Notes: a model not told the origin generated them from the sequence alone. 64,000 nucleotides of DNA from an uncultured Methanomassiliicoccaceae archaeon (GCA_905187815.1 CAJJJM010000003.1:63575-127574); one strand, 5' to 3'; shown: positions 39,591 to 50,386, counted from the first letter of the stretch. Numbers and translations are program-made.

Positions 39591-40567
39591 AGCTGGACCT
39601 GTCGGGCGGAGCCGGGAAGGGGGAGTCACGTGCCGGCGGCACCAAGGCCAAGCTCGACGGGATGAAGGACTCCATCAAATCCAAAGCATCATCCACGTCA
39701 AAGGGCCTAGACCCGAAGTTCAAGAAGATCAGACCCTCGCTCGTCGAGCACAGGCACGACATGACCGTCCTTTGGTGGTCGATCCTCATCATCCTGGTGT
39801 CTAGCCTCGTGCTGTTCCTGATCGTGGTCCTCCTGAACGATGTCTGGACGTTGGGCGACTACATCAACAACATCTTCTGCAACAACATCGCCCTGCTGAT
39901 CGTCATCATATTCCTCGACACAGTGGTCAACAGCAACAAGGGCAGTCGCAAGAAGAGGGATGAGGCCCGCCGTATCCTGAGGTACAACAACCTCATCCAA
40001 CCGGACATCGACCTCTACCTCGTCAGGAAGAACATGGTCATAACACCCAACGGGAAGACCGTCAGAAAGTTCCAGGTCGATTCAAACTTCAAGGTCAGCG
40101 ACATGCGTGACATGTACACCCCTTCTGAACTCGTCTCCGATGTCGGCATCTCAAAAATCAAGAGGTACGGCCACTACCAGGAGGTCCTCAGGCACGATTT
40201 CTCCAAGCTCGTTGAGAATGTGGATTTCGCATACTACCCAGAGATCGCCGAGGCGGCGATGAAGTACCTCAACGCAACATCTTACGGCGAGGCGGCGCTC
40301 GAGGCCGTCATAGGATACGAGGACTCGCGCGCCGGCACCAAGTCCATGAGGCTCATGGTCACAGGCATGATCAGGGACGAACCGGACAACGGCAGCTTCA
40401 TGCAGGCAAACCCCACGATGAAGAACGTCTACCTGGTCCATCAGATGATCAACGACCAGGAGAAGGCCGTCTCGGACTACATCAGGCTCGTCAGGGCCCT
40501 GGAGGATGCCGATCCCGCCGAGAGGCGCAAGAGGTCCAAGCGCGCATCCGATGAGGATTACGAGTGA
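39587..40567 (+). CDS. hypothetical membrane-anchored protein
   Basis: ATG overlapping previous stop; Lys/Ser-rich N-terminus, two TM helices, ~230-aa soluble domain, basic/acidic C-terminal tail. Confidence 0.5.
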   Translation: MKLDLSGGAGKGESRAGGTKAKLDGMKDSIKSKASSTSKGLDPKFKKIRPSLVEHRHDMTVLWWSILIILVSSLVLFLIVVLLNDVWTLGDYINNIFCNNIALLIVIIFLDTVVNSNKGSRKKRDEARRILRYNNLIQPDIDLYLVRKNMVITPNGKTVRKFQVDSNFKVSDMRDMYTPSELVSDVGISKIKRYGHYQEVLRHDFSKLVENVDFAYYPEIAEAAMKYLNATSYGEAALEAVIGYEDSRAGTKSMRLMVTGMIRDEPDNGSFMQANPTMKNVYLVHQMINDQEKAVSDYIRLVRALEDADPAERRKRSKRASDEDYE

Positions 40568-41262
40568 CGGTACCGGTGCGGTACCGGCGAGTCCACGTAC
40601 ATGGAATCCTCCGTCACGACGCAGTCGTACACGAGGACCCCGACACCCATCTCCTCGGCCCTCTCCATCTCCCGACCGAACTCGGGGTGCGTCTCGTAGT
40701 CCGGGACGAACACGTGCATCCCCTTCATCTGGACGACCAGGGCCAGGTAGGCTTCGTATCCCTCCTCGACACATCTCTCCAGGCCCCTCAGGTGCTTGAG
40801 TCCGCGTTCCGTGGGGGCGTCCGGGAACATGCAGACCCCGTCGAACTCCCTGGTCACCCCCTTGACCTCGACGAAGATCCTCCGGCCCTCTGATTCGATG
40901 TAGAAATCGAACCTCGAGTCCCCGTGGCTGTATTCCGGATGAACGGCAGGCGTTCCGCCGAAGATTCCGGATTCGGCGATGAACTCCCCGAACGCCTTGT
41001 TGGGGGACTGGGAGTCGATGTTGATCAGGTTCCCGCCCTTGTACGCCGCGATGAGGTCGTAGCGGGTCTTCCTGGAAGGGTTGCAGGAATCCTCGAGGAC
41101 GACCTGCGTCCCAGGAACCAGGATCTCCCTGCATCTCCCTGTGTTCTTCACATGGACGGTCTCCTCCTTGCCTTCCACCAGGACCTTGGCGATGAACCTG
41201 TTCGGTCTCGAGACGAAAGTCCCTCTGACCGTTTTTCCGTATCTCACGCTCGCCCATAGCAT
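40558..41262 (-). CDS. sfsA: sugar fermentation stimulation protein SfsA
   Basis: 234 aa with SfsA family N-terminal OB-like and C-terminal nuclease-like pattern (RPNRFIAKV..., FVEVKGV). Confidence 0.85.
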   Translation of the reverse strand: MLWASVRYGKTVRGTFVSRPNRFIAKVLVEGKEETVHVKNTGRCREILVPGTQVVLEDSCNPSRKTRYDLIAAYKGGNLINIDSQSPNKAFGEFIAESGIFGGTPAVHPEYSHGDSRFDFYIESEGRRIFVEVKGVTREFDGVCMFPDAPTERGLKHLRGLERCVEEGYEAYLALVVQMKGMHVFVPDYETHPEFGREMERAEEMGVGVLVYDCVVTEDSMYVDSPVPHRYRHS

Positions 41263-41295
41263 CCTTCATATTACTGTTGTCCGTAACAGGGGCCC

Positions 41296-41955
41296 ATGAG
41301 CGGATTCAGGACGTACGAGAGGGACCCAGACAACCCGAAGGGCTTCAGGATAGCCAGCCTCGACGAGATCCCTCCGGACGAGATATACGTCCTGGACACC
41401 GAGACGACCGGTCTCGAGGGTGCGCCGAAGGACCTGGTGGTGGACGTGGGCATCTGTCGCGTCTCCCTTCGCCGGGGCACCGTAGAGGATGTCTACTCCT
41501 CCGTTCTGGGATACGACGTGGATTCGTGGGATGACTATCACCGCAACGCATGGATATTCGAGAACACGGACATGACCCTCGAGATGGTCGCCGAAGCACC
41601 TCCGGCGATGGATGTCATCGAGGACGTGCGCAGGATCCTCAGGAACAAGACGGTCACAGCCTACAACGTCGCCTACGACATGGACAAGTTCCTGTTCAGG
41701 GATCCTTGGGACATGAAGGGGGAGTTCACCCTCTGCAACGATATCATGCTCGCCGCAACGCCCGTGTGCAAGGTCCCCAGCGAGTACTACGGAAGGAAGT
41801 ACAGGTTCCCGAAGCTCGATGTGGCCTACTCCAAGATCGTGGAGGGCGATCCCGCTGGCATCCACGGGACCCAGAACCATCGTGCTCTTTCCGATGCGCA
41901 GATGGCGTCGTACGTCATGATACAGATGTTCAGGGACGACAACTACGAGCCGTGA
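41296..41955 (+). CDS. DEDDh 3'-5' exonuclease (DnaQ-like)
   Basis: Exo I YVLDTETTGL, Exo II YNVAYDMDKF, Exo III HRALSDA motifs all intact. Confidence 0.8.
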   Translation: MSGFRTYERDPDNPKGFRIASLDEIPPDEIYVLDTETTGLEGAPKDLVVDVGICRVSLRRGTVEDVYSSVLGYDVDSWDDYHRNAWIFENTDMTLEMVAEAPPAMDVIEDVRRILRNKTVTAYNVAYDMDKFLFRDPWDMKGEFTLCNDIMLAATPVCKVPSEYYGRKYRFPKLDVAYSKIVEGDPAGIHGTQNHRALSDAQMASYVMIQMFRDDNYEP

Positions 41956-41956
41956 A

Positions 41957-44515
41957 TCACTCGTCCTCGATCACATCGCCTTTGGTGTACTCCTCCTGGA
42001 GTCTCTGCATGTAGACGGCCTCGAACCTGTCCACGGCGTGCTTGAACACGTTCTTCTTGAGGACGAACAGCTCTGCGAAGAACCAGACCGCCACGATTCC
42101 GATCAGCAGAACATAAGCTTCTGTAGGGAAGAGCACGAGTTCGACCAGGTCAACCGCGACTATGGGGAAGTACGCGTACATCGCGAATATCACCAGGAAG
42201 ACGAAGATCACCAGCGCGATCGGGATGATGCTCTTGTTGGTCCTTCCGTCAGCGGACAGGAACTTGAACCTGGGACAGACGAGCAGCATCTGGAGTATCC
42301 CTGCGGTGCTCACGAAGAACAGCATCGCCGACCTGGCGACGATCTCGTCCACATTCACCGCACCAGCACCCCAGCTGTACTTATCGAGGAGGGCGTCCAC
42401 GCTGTCCAGGCCTGCGATGTCCGCCATATGCTGCCAGTCGATAACCAGGATCCCGTTGGAGCTCATCATCCAGAACCCTGCGTAGACGGCAAGCCCCACG
42501 CCCGCGATCATGATGGCGGACGGGACGCAGAACCGCAGCACGTCTGGAAGGATCAGGTTCTTGTTGTCGTCCGGTTTGGCGAAGATGGTCATGAAGAACG
42601 CCATGATGGTCACGGAGACGAACGCGTAGTACGTGTTCTGGATGGGGATCATCGGTAGATAGCCGATGAAGACGTAGATGGCGATGAACATTATCGCCAG
42701 GGCGATGTTCCTGGTGAGGTAGATCTTCAGGATGTCCCTCATGCCTGACACCGTTCTCCGTCCCTCCACGAGGGCCTTCGGCAGAGCTGAGAAGTTGTCG
42801 TTCACAAGGACCATGTCCGCCACACCGCGGGCAGCCCCGGAACCGCTTTCCAGCGCCACACCGACCTGTGCGGTCTTCAGGGATTTGACGTCGTTCACAC
42901 CGTCCCCGATCATGGCGACGTATCTGCCGTTCTTCTTGAGGGCCTCGATGACCGCCTGCTTGTTCTCGGGTTTCATCCTTCCGAATATGTTGGTCTCGAG
43001 GACGGTCCTCTCGAAGGTCTCGGGATCCATCGCGTCGAGTTCGGGGCCCGATACTATCTTCCTCTCGCCGGGGATGTCGGCGATGGAGAACAGGGCATCC
43101 ACAGTCACGGGGTCGTCTCCGGAGATGACCTTGAGGTCCATGCCGTTGTCGAGGAACACCTGGATGGTGTCGCGGCAGTCGGGTCTGACCTCGTCGCGGA
43201 TCGAGATGACCGCTACAGGTCTCAGATCGTGGATCAGGGGCTGGCCGGAGTCGTCGTGGAGCGGCCCGTCATCGCCCAGGCACAGGAGGACTGTCCTGAG
43301 CCCCTTCCTGGATTCGGTGTCGATTATCGATTCCACGTCCTCGTCGGTGCGGCAGTGCCCTCCGAGGGCGCTCCAGGCGCCTACGTACATGGTGTAGGTG
43401 CGGTCCCCGTCCCTCGCCCTAACGGCGCTGAACTTCCTCTCGGAGGAGAACTGGATCTCTTCGACGAGTTCCGCGTCAGCCTCCCCGTAGTGCTCCTGGA
43501 CGGCGACCATGGTTCTGTTCTTGCTTCCGGTGAGCGTCGAGAAGACAGATGCATAGCGCGCCACCTCTTCCGCGGGCACGAAGTCCCTCTCGGACTCATA
43601 CCTGAGCTTGTTGGTTGTAATGGTCCCGGTCTTGTCCATGCAAACCGTGTTCACATGGCTTATGGACTCGACAGAGCTGGCCCTCTGCAGGAGGACGCCG
43701 GAATCGGCCATCCTCGCTGCCGCGATCATGTATGTGAGCGTTATCAGGAGGAACAGTGCGATCGGGACCACGTCGAGGCACAGGACGAATACCTCGAGGG
43801 TCTGTCCGAGGTCCTCGTGTGTGATGAAGATTGATTTGAAGATGGTGATGATGAAGAGAATCGCCGCGATGAGCATCAGGATGTTCGTGATGGTCTGGGT
43901 CTCCATCTGCAGCGGCGTCTTCTTCGATGTGAACTTCCTGGCGCTCTTGAGCATCTGGGAGGCGTAGGCGTCGTTGCCCACGGCGGTGACCTTGTAGTAC
44001 GTCTCACCTGTGACGCAGACGGACCCGGAGTACACTGGGTCACCCTCGTGCTTCCTGACGGTGCTGGACTCACCTGTGAGTAGGGATTCGTCCATCTCCG
44101 TGGACCTGCATCTGACGACCACGCCGTCGACGAGCGCCTGTTCGCCGGCGCGTATGACGATGAGGTCGTCCACGACGATGTCTGACTGGTCGATCTCGAT
44201 CTCCTTGCCGTCGCGGATGACCGAGACCTTCGGTCTCACGAGGAGGGATATCTTGTCCAGCTTGCGCTTGGCGCGCATCTCCTGGATCGTGGAGATCAGG
44301 ATGTTTGCGATGATGATGCCGGTGGCCGATACGGCACTGACGACCTCGTCGCAGACAACAAGGAGTATTCCGATGATGAACAGGACGACATTGAACGGTG
44401 TGAAGGTGTTCTTCACGAAGATGTCGGTGTATGTCCTGCTGGTGCGCACATCGGCGTCGTTCGCAAGCCCCTTCGCTTTGCGCTCGGAGACCTCTGCGCT
44501 CGTCAGTCCGTCCAT
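41957..44515 (-). CDS. cation-translocating P-type ATPase
   Basis: 852 aa; DKTGTIT phosphorylation motif, TGES, GDGVNDV hinge motif, 8-10 TM helices. Confidence 0.9.
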   Translation of the reverse strand: MDGLTSAEVSERKAKGLANDADVRTSRTYTDIFVKNTFTPFNVVLFIIGILLVVCDEVVSAVSATGIIIANILISTIQEMRAKRKLDKISLLVRPKVSVIRDGKEIEIDQSDIVVDDLIVIRAGEQALVDGVVVRCRSTEMDESLLTGESSTVRKHEGDPVYSGSVCVTGETYYKVTAVGNDAYASQMLKSARKFTSKKTPLQMETQTITNILMLIAAILFIITIFKSIFITHEDLGQTLEVFVLCLDVVPIALFLLITLTYMIAAARMADSGVLLQRASSVESISHVNTVCMDKTGTITTNKLRYESERDFVPAEEVARYASVFSTLTGSKNRTMVAVQEHYGEADAELVEEIQFSSERKFSAVRARDGDRTYTMYVGAWSALGGHCRTDEDVESIIDTESRKGLRTVLLCLGDDGPLHDDSGQPLIHDLRPVAVISIRDEVRPDCRDTIQVFLDNGMDLKVISGDDPVTVDALFSIADIPGERKIVSGPELDAMDPETFERTVLETNIFGRMKPENKQAVIEALKKNGRYVAMIGDGVNDVKSLKTAQVGVALESGSGAARGVADMVLVNDNFSALPKALVEGRRTVSGMRDILKIYLTRNIALAIMFIAIYVFIGYLPMIPIQNTYYAFVSVTIMAFFMTIFAKPDDNKNLILPDVLRFCVPSAIMIAGVGLAVYAGFWMMSSNGILVIDWQHMADIAGLDSVDALLDKYSWGAGAVNVDEIVARSAMLFFVSTAGILQMLLVCPRFKFLSADGRTNKSIIPIALVIFVFLVIFAMYAYFPIVAVDLVELVLFPTEAYVLLIGIVAVWFFAELFVLKKNVFKHAVDRFEAVYMQRLQEEYTKGDVIEDE

Positions 44516-44673
44516 GTTCGGACCTTGGTATCAACATATATGAACATTGTGAAGGACGGCATGAAATCGGCTGAACAATCGGCACCCAAGCTGCCGCTGG
44601 GATGTATGGGAAACGGCCCCATGCCCCATCTCGGCGCAACCACTAATATAGAGCGCGGGCCCATCGGTGCGCG

Positions 44674-47508
44674 ATGAAGCCGAGCCTCGTGGTATGCGGC
44701 GGTTGCCGGTCCGTTCTTCTCGACAGCTCGGGCGGGATCAGCTGCTCCGTTTGCGGAAGGTCACTGACGCCGGGGATCGTCCATCCGGGGGCCGTCCTAT
44801 GGGGTGGCGCTGCATATCCTCTTGAGGACCTGATGACGTCCGACAGGGAATCTGCGTCTGAACTCATGGCGGCAATGGACTCCCAGGAGTTCCGGAGGGC
44901 CGCCAGAATCCTCGACGACGGGATCCTCGACGGCACCATAAATATCCAGGATGCCGGCTTCCTTGTAGCCGGGTGGTTCCTCCTGTCCGTCATGAGAGGA
45001 GATGGGGTGGACGGGAAATTCGTCCCTGTCCTATCCATTGGTCACGGCCCATCGGTTTCCCTGGCCGTGTTCAGATCTCTGACCGCAAACAGGGATCAGA
45101 TGGATACAGGACAGCGGATAGCGGCTCTGGATTCCATCTGGTCGACATCAGTAGAAACGATCCCCTCGGAGCACAACCTTCCCGCATCTCTCGTGATAAT
45201 GTCCATTTCGAACGACATCATGGGGGAGATCGCCGAAGGGCTCTCCGGTGTGGATCAGGACATTCTCCGGAAGAGGCGCGGGTTCCTCGGCATGTTCGAC
45301 AGCATCGTCAGCCCCATCGTATCGCAGCTCTTCCTACCCTACCTAGATGAGGCGATCGGTTTCTGGAGGAGGGCGGACGCCGGGATCGATGGGCTCTTCA
45401 GGGATTCTATGGAGGCGTATCTGGAAGGAGATCCCGCCAGGTCAGGTGACCTAGCAAAAGGGTTCGTCATCCGCTACCTGTCGATGGACCGCTGCCGTGA
45501 TATCCTCGCGAGCAATGGCGACGTATCCGGTTGCACGGACTTCCTCACGACGGTGATCACCGATCAATCCGGAGCAATCGTTCGCGATTTGGAGGGTTCG
45601 TGTTCGGGGGAGCCATGGTGGCCCGTAGTAGTCGGAGCCGTCGGAAGACTGGGGGAGGACGTCTTCGACGTGCGTGCGGAGCTGACCGGTATCCTCGAGG
45701 CTCATCCCGACAAGGATGCCGAGATACGCAAGTGCATATGCTCTGAAGCTGTCCAATGGCTGAGGGGGCTCATCGCCTCAGGAGGCGTATACGATGGCGA
45801 GATCGATGGGATCTATGATCTCTTCCCCTGCGTCGACCCCGAAGGTCCCAATGACAGGAGCTATGTCCTTCTCCAGATGATCTTCCTATGCGGGAACGAG
45901 TCGGCCGCTGTGGATGACGCATCCGGAGCCAAGACCCTCTTCAGAACGGTGGTGTCCCTCACATGCGGTTCCCTCTCCGCGTCAAGCTCCCTCATGGGCA
46001 TCCGCTCCGCCGCTTCCGCAGCGGCATTCGTCCTGTTCGAACTGGGCCGTCGCTTCCGCGATCCGTCTGGAGATCGCGACCCGATGATGCTGGTCGCCCG
46101 TTTCCTGTCCGATACCTCCCTGCTCCTTGAGGAGCATCTCTCGGATATGGGCGGGGAGGTGGCGGATCTCAGGATGGCGATGAGGTACAAGGTCGGTGCC
46201 CTTTCCCGTCCACATCCGGATGCTGGGGAAATCCTCGGGGAGTTCTACGAGGCGGCAGTGCTCAGAGCGATATCGGCGGAGGAGCTCGAGGGTGAGTTCG
46301 CAGGGAGGATGGAGTCGTTCGTCGAACTCCTGACCGAACCCGTATCGGATCCGTTTCCCGAGGATATGTGCGATGGCGGGCCGTCAGATTGCGACACTGT
46401 CTGTGAGACGACCGATTCGGTCTCCCCGCTCAGCATCGCCTGCTTGCTATCCGATCCCGTCTATGCGGTCCATGGGAGCACCTCCGAATCAGTGCCGATG
46501 TTGTTCATCATCGGGTGCGATGCATGCGGCTGCAGGACGCTTGTGAGCACAGGTTCCGTTGACAACCGGTGCGGCCGTTGCGGAAAACGCATAGATCTCT
46601 CGGGTGAACATCTCGAAAGGATAAAGGCACTGAGGGAGAGATCCATCGACGCTGCAGACCGGGCAAGGAAGGATCTTTCAGAAGGTCGTTTACGGGACGC
46701 CGTATCGGAATGCTACAGGACAATGGATGACGATCCGATGTGCTGGCATTGCGCCCTCGTCTCAGGGATGGCCAACATGTCCGCAGGCTCGAACAGCGAC
46801 GCATTCCTGGATTGGACCCGTGCCCTGCTGGGCCTCCGTCCCCTCGGCAGAGACGAGTTCGACGAATTCTACGTCAGTGTCCTTGGACAGATTCACAGGT
46901 CGATCCGCTCCGGGATCGCCTCGGACGGGACGGTCCCGGCCATGATCACATTACCGGATTTCGCCCTTGTTCTGAGAAGGCACTTCCCGGACATGATGTC
47001 GGGGCGCGACCTCATCGACGACCTGCTGGCTATGCTCTCCGAAGACATCGGATGCTGCGGTTCCATCAACGAGCTACGGGTTCTTTTGCAGGAGATGTCC
47101 CAGATCGTGCTGTACAAGCATTACTGCACGACGGACATCAGGGAGCACATCAGGGGATGCGCGATCATGATCGTGGCCGCAGAGAAGGCGGACGAGTGCA
47201 TAGGGTCCATAGAGGCACCATCAGCTTCGAAGGCAGCGTTTTCAGCGTCGACGGAGACGCTGCGCTCCATGTACTCGGCCATCCAGAAGTCCCTGAGTGA
47301 CGGAATCGAGGGGATGTCCGATGAGCATGTCGACAAGATAGCCGGATCATGGGGCTATCCAGACTACTACGCCTTGGCCGATATGTTCGTGGGCTCCTGC
47401 CTGGACTGCTTGGATCTCGTCCGCCGTGGCAAGGGGATGACGCCCGATGCCATGAGGCGGGTGGAGGAGTGCGTCAGGATCTACCTGGGAGGGCCGACCT
47501 CCTTCTGA
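44674..47508 (+). CDS. large hypothetical protein with multiple zinc-ribbon-like Cys clusters
   Basis: 944-aa ORF; N-terminal CGGC...CSVCG and central CDACGC...CGRCGK cysteine pairs; no other recognisable domain; GC and codon usage like host. Confidence 0.55.
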   Translation: MKPSLVVCGGCRSVLLDSSGGISCSVCGRSLTPGIVHPGAVLWGGAAYPLEDLMTSDRESASELMAAMDSQEFRRAARILDDGILDGTINIQDAGFLVAGWFLLSVMRGDGVDGKFVPVLSIGHGPSVSLAVFRSLTANRDQMDTGQRIAALDSIWSTSVETIPSEHNLPASLVIMSISNDIMGEIAEGLSGVDQDILRKRRGFLGMFDSIVSPIVSQLFLPYLDEAIGFWRRADAGIDGLFRDSMEAYLEGDPARSGDLAKGFVIRYLSMDRCRDILASNGDVSGCTDFLTTVITDQSGAIVRDLEGSCSGEPWWPVVVGAVGRLGEDVFDVRAELTGILEAHPDKDAEIRKCICSEAVQWLRGLIASGGVYDGEIDGIYDLFPCVDPEGPNDRSYVLLQMIFLCGNESAAVDDASGAKTLFRTVVSLTCGSLSASSSLMGIRSAASAAAFVLFELGRRFRDPSGDRDPMMLVARFLSDTSLLLEEHLSDMGGEVADLRMAMRYKVGALSRPHPDAGEILGEFYEAAVLRAISAEELEGEFAGRMESFVELLTEPVSDPFPEDMCDGGPSDCDTVCETTDSVSPLSIACLLSDPVYAVHGSTSESVPMLFIIGCDACGCRTLVSTGSVDNRCGRCGKRIDLSGEHLERIKALRERSIDAADRARKDLSEGRLRDAVSECYRTMDDDPMCWHCALVSGMANMSAGSNSDAFLDWTRALLGLRPLGRDEFDEFYVSVLGQIHRSIRSGIASDGTVPAMITLPDFALVLRRHFPDMMSGRDLIDDLLAMLSEDIGCCGSINELRVLLQEMSQIVLYKHYCTTDIREHIRGCAIMIVAAEKADECIGSIEAPSASKAAFSASTETLRSMYSAIQKSLSDGIEGMSDEHVDKIAGSWGYPDYYALADMFVGSCLDCLDLVRRGKGMTPDAMRRVEECVRIYLGGPTSF

Positions 47509-50386
47509 TCTCATCGGTCAGCGTCCCTCCGGTGAGCGGTTCGAACCTCTTCGTGCGGCCCAAGGATACATAGTCGATGAAGCAGACTGCTCTGCGTTTG
47601 TAATACAGGGATGCGGCCTCGGCGTATACCGAGAGCTGGAACATGTATTCCTGTTCGAAACGGTCCGAGACATCGGTCTTGTAGTCATGGACCTCCACCC
47701 TGTCAGGATACACCGCGAGGAGGTCTATCCTGCCGCTCAGGACGATTCCGCAGTCCGGCACCGGAAGAGTGCAGTCGAGCTCCGCGAAAAGCAGGTCCGC
47801 GTCCCTGCAGCCGTCGATGATCCTGCGGATCATCTCCATCTCGGGGAAGTCGTCGTTGACGAGCCAGCCCTCCTTCACCGCCTGAGCCGCTTCGTGGACC
47901 CTCTCGCCGTACTCCTTGCCCTTCCCCGGGACCTCGTCCGCCTCCGACATCCCTCCGAGGCCGTCATCCTGTGAGAATCCCATTAGGGTGTGAACCCCGA
48001 CCTTCTTGGTACGGACCCGGTAGCCGGTCACATCCGGCCTGGGGACCGTCAGGGGATCCTTGCCGTGTTCCCTGGGAGGACATTCCGGAATGGTCGCGTA
48101 CTCCTCGTTCGAGAGCATCTTCATGAACTTCGACGGTTTGTCTCCGCAGATCAGGGTCTCGTACTGCCTCGCCCTGGACATGGCAACGAACATCAGCCTG
48201 CGCTCCTCGCTGTAGTCCGTATCCTTGGAGGCCTTCGCCAGCTTCGTCCTCCAGGATGTGCAGATCTTGGAGTAGTCCCCGAAGCGGCCCACCTCCTGCG
48301 AGCATCTGACGCCCAGCTCGGAATCGAATGAGAACGACTCCCCCCTTCCGCTCTCGATCAGGGGCATCGTCTTGGAGTCCATGTAGGGGATGATGACCGC
48401 CTCGAACTCCAGACCCTTGGATTTGTGCATCGTCATGATCGTGACTGCGTTGGAGTCGATGGAGTTCTCCACCGGATACAGGGTCCTGTCAGCGATCCCG
48501 TCCTCGATTATGCGGATCAGGTCGGAGATGGTCAGGAGCGAGTCGCGGTGTGCGGCGGAAAGGGTGGTGATGATGGCCTGGGTGATCTCGTTGTTGAGGC
48601 CGTAGAACGAGTAGATCGATGTGAGCAGCTCGGTGATCCTGCGGGTCTTCTTCCTGAGCTCCTTGCGCTGGTTCAGAATCTCGAACGGGACCATGTTGCG
48701 GTCCCCGCGGATGCGTATGCATTCTGAGAGCGAATAGCCGAGGTCGGCGAGTATGGGCATGCACCCCCACGGGTCGTCGTCGTTGCTGATGTACCTGAGC
48801 CAGGCGAGGGCCAGCTTCCCCTCTCTGGTGGACATGATCTCCATGTCCCCCTGCATGAAGGCAGGGATGCCCGCCTCCTTCAGCCTCTCCAGGACGGTCC
48901 TGCAGCTGTTCGTCTTGCGGCACAGGACCGCTATGTCCCCGTAGCCCATGGGCCTGGCGGAGTCGCCGGAATGGACGGTGTACCTGCCGGAGTCCACGTA
49001 GTCGCGGATGCATCTGACCACCTCTTCGGCCTCCTCGTCCGCGGAACCGCACTGGACGTAGCGTATGTCGGTGTCGCCGTCCGGGATGTCCGTCCTCCCG
49101 GCCTCGAGCGGCTGGGCCTTCTCGACGTCCTCCTGGCGGATGGAGCCGTCCTCGTTGGTGGCTTTAAGCGACAGGCAGCGGAAGGCCTCGTCCACAATCC
49201 GTCTGGATGACCTGTAGTTGACGTTGAGCGCTATCTCGGAGACCTCGGGTATTCCCACGGCAACTCTCCTCTCGCCCTCGTTCAGGAACGACCTGAGCGC
49301 CCTCGCCCTGTCCCCGAACATGGTGATGTTCTCGATCGAGACGTATCTGAAGCCGTAGATCCCCTGCTTCCAATCACCGACGACGCACAGGTTGGGCTCC
49401 CTGAGTATCATGAGGGCGATCATGAGCTGGCTGGCGTTGGTGTCCTGGAACTCATCGATCATCACGTATCTGTAGGAGTTCCTGGCCCTGACCTCCGGGT
49501 CGCCGTAGAGAAGGGAGAACGCGAGCATCGCGCTGATGCCGAATGTGAGGCGGTCCTCGGTGATGCTCCTCCTGATGTACTGATGGTAGATGTCGTGGAC
49601 GAGCCTGAGCATATCCGTCCTAGTGGGGTCTTCGGCCGCCTCGGCGAGACGCTGGGGATCGACGGTCCCTCCGACCACCGTAGGGAGATCGCATGCGTTG
49701 TTCACGTCCAGCTTCAATATGGGATCGGCCATAGCGGACGCCCCTCCTCTCTTGCCAGGGACGTTCCGGGACTCCATCATGCGGAGCGTCTCTTCGACGT
49801 CTCCCATGAGGATCCTGTCGGAATCCATGCCGAACCAGCCCCTCTTCATCGGGTAGACCCCGCGGGACATCAGGTTGTTTATCAGTTTCAGCAGCCCGTC
49901 GGGATTCTGGCTGGCTATGGATTCCCAGTCTCCGTAGTCCCCGAGGCGGTCGTGCAGGAACCTGTCGAGGAACATCCTGAAGTGCTCCTTGTTCAGAGAC
50001 TCGTTGCTGGAGATGGTCGCTCCGCGGGTGAGCCTCTCATCTATCCCGAACATCCTCCCGGCATCCTCGGGGGAATCCATGATGACGGAAAGGCAGAACG
50101 CGTCGAACGTCTTCGCCTGGACCATCCTGGATTTGGATTCGAGCTCCGGATGCAGCGCCAGCTCCCCCTTGATGCGCTCCTCCATCTCGTTGGCGGCGTT
50201 GTTGGTGAAGGTCAGGAGCAGGACCTCCCGCGGGTCGACGTCGGGTCTGGATATCAGGTTCACGTATCTGCTCACGATCGTATGGGTCTTCCCCGTCCCA
50301 GGGCCGGCGTCGACGAGGACCATCCCGTCCAGGGTCTCGGCGATCATCCTCTGGCGGTCGTTCAGGCCGTCATTCATCGTCCTCAC
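47474..50386 (-). CDS. UvrD-family helicase fused to C-terminal RecB-type PD-(D/E)xK nuclease (AddA-like)
   Basis: Walker A AGPGTGKTH, DEFQD Walker B, VNYRSS motif, helicase motif VI; C-terminal GRIDLL...EVHDYKTD nuclease motif. Confidence 0.8.
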   Translation of the reverse strand: MRTMNDGLNDRQRMIAETLDGMVLVDAGPGTGKTHTIVSRYVNLISRPDVDPREVLLLTFTNNAANEMEERIKGELALHPELESKSRMVQAKTFDAFCLSVIMDSPEDAGRMFGIDERLTRGATISSNESLNKEHFRMFLDRFLHDRLGDYGDWESIASQNPDGLLKLINNLMSRGVYPMKRGWFGMDSDRILMGDVEETLRMMESRNVPGKRGGASAMADPILKLDVNNACDLPTVVGGTVDPQRLAEAAEDPTRTDMLRLVHDIYHQYIRRSITEDRLTFGISAMLAFSLLYGDPEVRARNSYRYVMIDEFQDTNASQLMIALMILREPNLCVVGDWKQGIYGFRYVSIENITMFGDRARALRSFLNEGERRVAVGIPEVSEIALNVNYRSSRRIVDEAFRCLSLKATNEDGSIRQEDVEKAQPLEAGRTDIPDGDTDIRYVQCGSADEEAEEVVRCIRDYVDSGRYTVHSGDSARPMGYGDIAVLCRKTNSCRTVLERLKEAGIPAFMQGDMEIMSTREGKLALAWLRYISNDDDPWGCMPILADLGYSLSECIRIRGDRNMVPFEILNQRKELRKKTRRITELLTSIYSFYGLNNEITQAIITTLSAAHRDSLLTISDLIRIIEDGIADRTLYPVENSIDSNAVTIMTMHKSKGLEFEAVIIPYMDSKTMPLIESGRGESFSFDSELGVRCSQEVGRFGDYSKICTSWRTKLAKASKDTDYSEERRLMFVAMSRARQYETLICGDKPSKFMKMLSNEEYATIPECPPREHGKDPLTVPRPDVTGYRVRTKKVGVHTLMGFSQDDGLGGMSEADEVPGKGKEYGERVHEAAQAVKEGWLVNDDFPEMEMIRRIIDGCRDADLLFAELDCTLPVPDCGIVLSGRIDLLAVYPDRVEVHDYKTDVSDRFEQEYMFQLSVYAEAASLYYKRRAVCFIDYVSLGRTKRFEPLTGGTLTDEIRRRSALPGRS

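Noticed and set aside
47474-50386. Gabija-like system (GajB UvrD helicase)
   Set aside because: No OLD/TOPRIM-ATPase partner is adjacent to the helicase. The helicase carries its own RecB nuclease and is paired with an AddB-like Fe-S nuclease, so an AddAB-type assignment fits better.
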